Shown here in pieces: positions 37,804 through 40,445 of a stretch of DNA of 40,445 bases. Origin of the DNA: a virus (lineage: Duplodnaviria; Heunggongvirae; Uroviricota; Caudoviricetes). The notes under the pieces were generated by a model. It saw only the letters and a list, made by a program, of their open reading frames with translations. It was not told where the DNA came from and searched no databases. The translations under genes were made by a program, and so were the position numbers. The stretch's first letter is position 1. Each line of letters begins with the position of its first letter. The stretch lies in IMG/VR virus record IMGVR_UViG_2541047760_000006; one strand, written 5' to 3'.

Positions 37804-39864
37804 ATGGCAGTACAGATTTCAGGCGTGCTGAAAGACGGTGCAGGAAAACCGATACAGAACTGCACCATTCAGCTCAAAGCAAAACGTAACAGCACCACGG
37901 TTGTGGTGAACACGGTGGCCTCAGAAAATCCGGATGAAGCCGGACGTTACAGCATGGATGTCGAGTATGGCCAGTACAGCGTTATCCTGCTGGTTGAAGG
38001 TTTTCCGCCTTCACATGCCGGGGCCATCACCGTGTATGAGGATTCTAAGCCGGGGACATTGAATGATTTTCTGGGCGCTGCAACAGAAGATGATGTTCGT
38101 CCGGAGGCACTGTATCGTTTTGAAAAGATGGTGGAAGAGGTGGCACGCAACGCTGAAGCCGCCTCTCAGAGCGCAGCGGCAGCAAAGAAATCAGAAACAG
38201 CAGCGGCATCGTCCAGGAATGCGGCGAAAACATCAGAGACGAATGCAGGTAACAGCGCGAAAGCGGCAGCTTCTTCAAAAACAGCCGCACAAAACGCAGC
38301 AACAGCGGCAGAACGTTCAGAGACAAATGCCCGTGCGTCAGAAGAAGCCTCCGCAGACAGTGAAGAGGCTTCCCGCCGTAATGCAGAGTCAGCCGCTGAA
38401 AATGCCGGAGTCGCCACCACAAAAGCGCGGGAGGCCGCAGCAGACGCAACAAAGGCCGGGCAGAAAAAGGATGAGGCTCTGTCGGCAGCGACACGGGCTG
38501 AAAAGGCGGCAGACCGCGCAGAAGTCGCAGCGGAAGTGACTGCAGAGCCCTATGCGAATATAGTGCCGCCGCTGCCTGATGTGTGGATACCGTTTAACGA
38601 TTCACTGGATATGATTGCGGGTTTTTCTCCGGGCTATAAAAAAATAGCTATTGGTGACGATGTGGTTCAGGTCGCCAGTGATAAACAGGTTAATTTCAGT
38701 CGCGCATCAACGGCAACATATATCAACAAATCTGGCGAACTGAAAACGGCGGAAATTAATGAGCCGCGATTTGAGTGTGATGGCCTGCTTATTGAGGGAC
38801 AAAGAACGAACTACATGCTCAATTCGGAAAGTCCAGCCAGCTGGGGGAAGTCATCAAACATGGATGTGCCCGAAACCGGGACAGATAGTTTTGGTTTTAC
38901 TTATGGAAAGTTTGTCTGCAACGATTCTCTGGTTGGGCAAACTTCGGCTATTAATATGGCATCAATTGCTGCAACAAAGTCAGTTGATGTCTCAGGCGAT
39001 AACAAGTACGTGACAACCTCATGCCGTTTTAAAACAGAACGACAGGTAAGGTTACGTATACGGTTTGATAAGTATGATGGTAGTGCAACAACTTTTCTTG
39101 GCGATGCGTACATTGATACGCAAACGCTTGAAATTAATATGACAGGTGGGGCTGCCGGCAGAATTACGGCACGAGTCAGGAAGGATAAGACCACAGGCTG
39201 GATTTTTGCAGAGGCAACGATTCAGGCAATTGATGGTGAGTTAAAAATAGGCTCTCAGATACAGTATTCTCCTGAGCGGGGTGGGGCAACAGTATCTGGT
39301 GACTATATTTATCTTGCCACCCCACAAGTAGAGAATGGGCCGTGTGTATCATCATTTATTATTTCAGGAGGCAGCGCAACGACAAGAGCCAGTGATTTGG
39401 TTAGTATCCCCACCAGAAATAATCTTTATAAGTTACCATTTACTTTTTTACTTGAGATTCATAAAAACTGGGATATTGCACCAAACGCCGCACCCCGCGT
39501 GTGGGATATAGCAGCAGCCAATACCGGGCAATCAGCAATTGCAGCAATCAACAGAGGTAGTGGTAAGTTATATATGAGTCTGTCAAACCCTTCAGGCTTG
39601 TATGTTAATAGCGCAGCGACAGATGTATTTGCAGAGAAAACCACATTTGGATGTATTGCAAAAGCTGATGGTCACTTTCATGTGGTGACAAATGGTAAAG
39701 CGGTTAATGAAGTTTATTGTGAATATAATGGTGTGACCGCTGATAAAAATATCCGATTTGGAGGGCAGACGAATACTGGAGAACGACATCTGTTTGGCCA
39801 TATTCGCAATTTCCGCATATGGCATAAAGAATTAAATGACAGGCAATTAAAAGAGGTCGTATGA
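37804..39864 (+). CDS. stf: side tail fibre protein (lambda Stf-like N-terminus, lectin/LamG-like C-terminal domain)
   Basis: N-terminal ~150 aa MAVQISGVLKDGAGKPIQNCTIQLKAKRNSTTVVVNTVASENPDEAGRYSMDVEYGQYSVILLVEGFPPSHAG... match lambda Stf; Ala/Ser/Glu-rich coiled region; C-terminal part differs. ATG at 37804 after ggag (track ORF starts at GTG 37798). Confidence 0.85.
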   Translation: MAVQISGVLKDGAGKPIQNCTIQLKAKRNSTTVVVNTVASENPDEAGRYSMDVEYGQYSVILLVEGFPPSHAGAITVYEDSKPGTLNDFLGAATEDDVRPEALYRFEKMVEEVARNAEAASQSAAAAKKSETAAASSRNAAKTSETNAGNSAKAAASSKTAAQNAATAAERSETNARASEEASADSEEASRRNAESAAENAGVATTKAREAAADATKAGQKKDEALSAATRAEKAADRAEVAAEVTAEPYANIVPPLPDVWIPFNDSLDMIAGFSPGYKKIAIGDDVVQVASDKQVNFSRASTATYINKSGELKTAEINEPRFECDGLLIEGQRTNYMLNSESPASWGKSSNMDVPETGTDSFGFTYGKFVCNDSLVGQTSAINMASIAATKSVDVSGDNKYVTTSCRFKTERQVRLRIRFDKYDGSATTFLGDAYIDTQTLEINMTGGAAGRITARVRKDKTTGWIFAEATIQAIDGELKIGSQIQYSPERGGATVSGDYIYLATPQVENGPCVSSFIISGGSATTRASDLVSIPTRNNLYKLPFTFLLEIHKNWDIAPNAAPRVWDIAAANTGQSAIAAINRGSGKLYMSLSNPSGLYVNSAATDVFAEKTTFGCIAKADGHFHVVTNGKAVNEVYCEYNGVTADKNIRFGGQTNTGERHLFGHIRNFRIWHKELNDRQLKEVV

Positions 39865-40139
39865 AAGATTTAACTTTGAAGTTTCATGACAAACTGCAGT
39901 TTAAGGCCTTCCTGTCATCTCTTGACTGGGAGGAGGATGAAGACCTCCAGAATAAACTGTTAGTCGATGAAATTGGTTTCACCTACACAGAAACAGGGGT
40001 AACAGAAGAGGGAGAACCTGTCTGTGTCCGGAATGACGGTTATTTTGTCAACATTCGCATTCTTGATGACTTGTTTGATGTTTCTGTATTCTCTGATTAT
40101 GTCGTGGAGCTGGAAACACCGCTTCGGGAATGGAGCTGA
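39861..40139 (+). CDS. hypothetical acidic protein downstream of the tail fibre gene (possible fibre chaperone)
   Basis: 92-aa ORF, ATG overlapping the fibre stop (ATGA), same strand; no family recognised. Confidence 0.55.
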   Translation: MKDLTLKFHDKLQFKAFLSSLDWEEDEDLQNKLLVDEIGFTYTETGVTEEGEPVCVRNDGYFVNIRILDDLFDVSVFSDYVVELETPLREWS

Positions 40140-40151
40140 AAGGAGGAAATA

Positions 40152-40445
40152 ATGGATATAAGCCCCTTACTTCATGCGCTTTGTGCTGTGGCTGCGCAGA
40201 TACTGGTTGGTCTTTTTACCGGAAACTGGGCTTACGGAGCGATAGCCGGTTGTACGTTCTTCATTGCGCGTGAACATACCCAGGCAGAATATCGCTGGAT
40301 TGAAATGTTCGGGCATGGCAAGCGAATGAATATGCCGTGGTGGGGCGGTTTTGATCCGCGAGCTTGGGATGTGGCAAGCCTGATGGATTTTGCTGTGCCG
40401 GTGGTGGCGTGTCTGCTGGTCTGGCTGTTGGTTAATCGTGGGTGA
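40152..40445 (+). CDS. hypothetical inner-membrane protein
   Basis: 97-aa ORF after RBS aggagg; hydrophobic segments at both ends (AVAAQILVGLFTG..., VPVVACLLVWLLV); stop TGA at the last three bases of the window. Confidence 0.55.
   Translation: MDISPLLHALCAVAAQILVGLFTGNWAYGAIAGCTFFIAREHTQAEYRWIEMFGHGKRMNMPWWGGFDPRAWDVASLMDFAVPVVACLLVWLLVNRG

Noticed and set aside
38045-38539. ORFs 38045..38494 (-), 38063..38539 (+) and 38166..38420 (-) within the side fibre gene
   Set aside because: They lie in the Ala/Ser/Glu-rich shaft-coding repeats; the main frame continues lambda Stf-like sequence through this region, so these are off-frame artefacts.
1-40445. Searched by eye for tRNA/rRNA genes, integrase and att sites, and CRISPR arrays
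   Set aside because: No cloverleaf-like conserved tRNA features, no tyrosine-recombinase-like ORF and no spaced direct-repeat array were evident; the window begins inside the early-left operon, so int/xis and the attachment sites would lie outside it.

Overview
The window is the interior of a lambdoid (E. coli-type) prophage, read from the Red recombination genes to the side tail fibre; no integrase or attachment site lies inside it. Gene order is: orf60a, exo, bet, gam, kil, cIII, ea10, ral and N on the minus strand with sieB on plus; a two-gene cassette of unrecognised proteins sitting where lambda carries rexA-rexB; cI, cro, cII; a P22-type replication module (initiator with internal iterons, DnaB-like helicase); a nin region (ninB, Dam-like methyltransferase, ninE, rusA, ylcG-like); antiterminator Q; an OmpC-family porin on the opposite strand; a phage-21-type lysis cassette (holin, SAR endolysin, Rz with embedded Rz1); bor plus other small envelope proteins; cos; then lambda-like head and tail genes Nu1 through J, a side tail fibre and two small unknown genes. 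The strongest candidate for an undescribed system is the two-gene cassette at 4838-6144, but I could not assign either protein to any family, so that call rests on position and operon structure alone. Other points worth a second look are an in-frame TGA inside the large terminase gene, a lipoprotein with a clear TonB C-terminal-like domain, and a small secreted Cys-rich protein. All protein identifications are from reading the supplied translations against remembered lambda, P22 and DLP12 sequences; no database search was run. No rRNA, tRNA, CRISPR array or insertion sequence was recognised.
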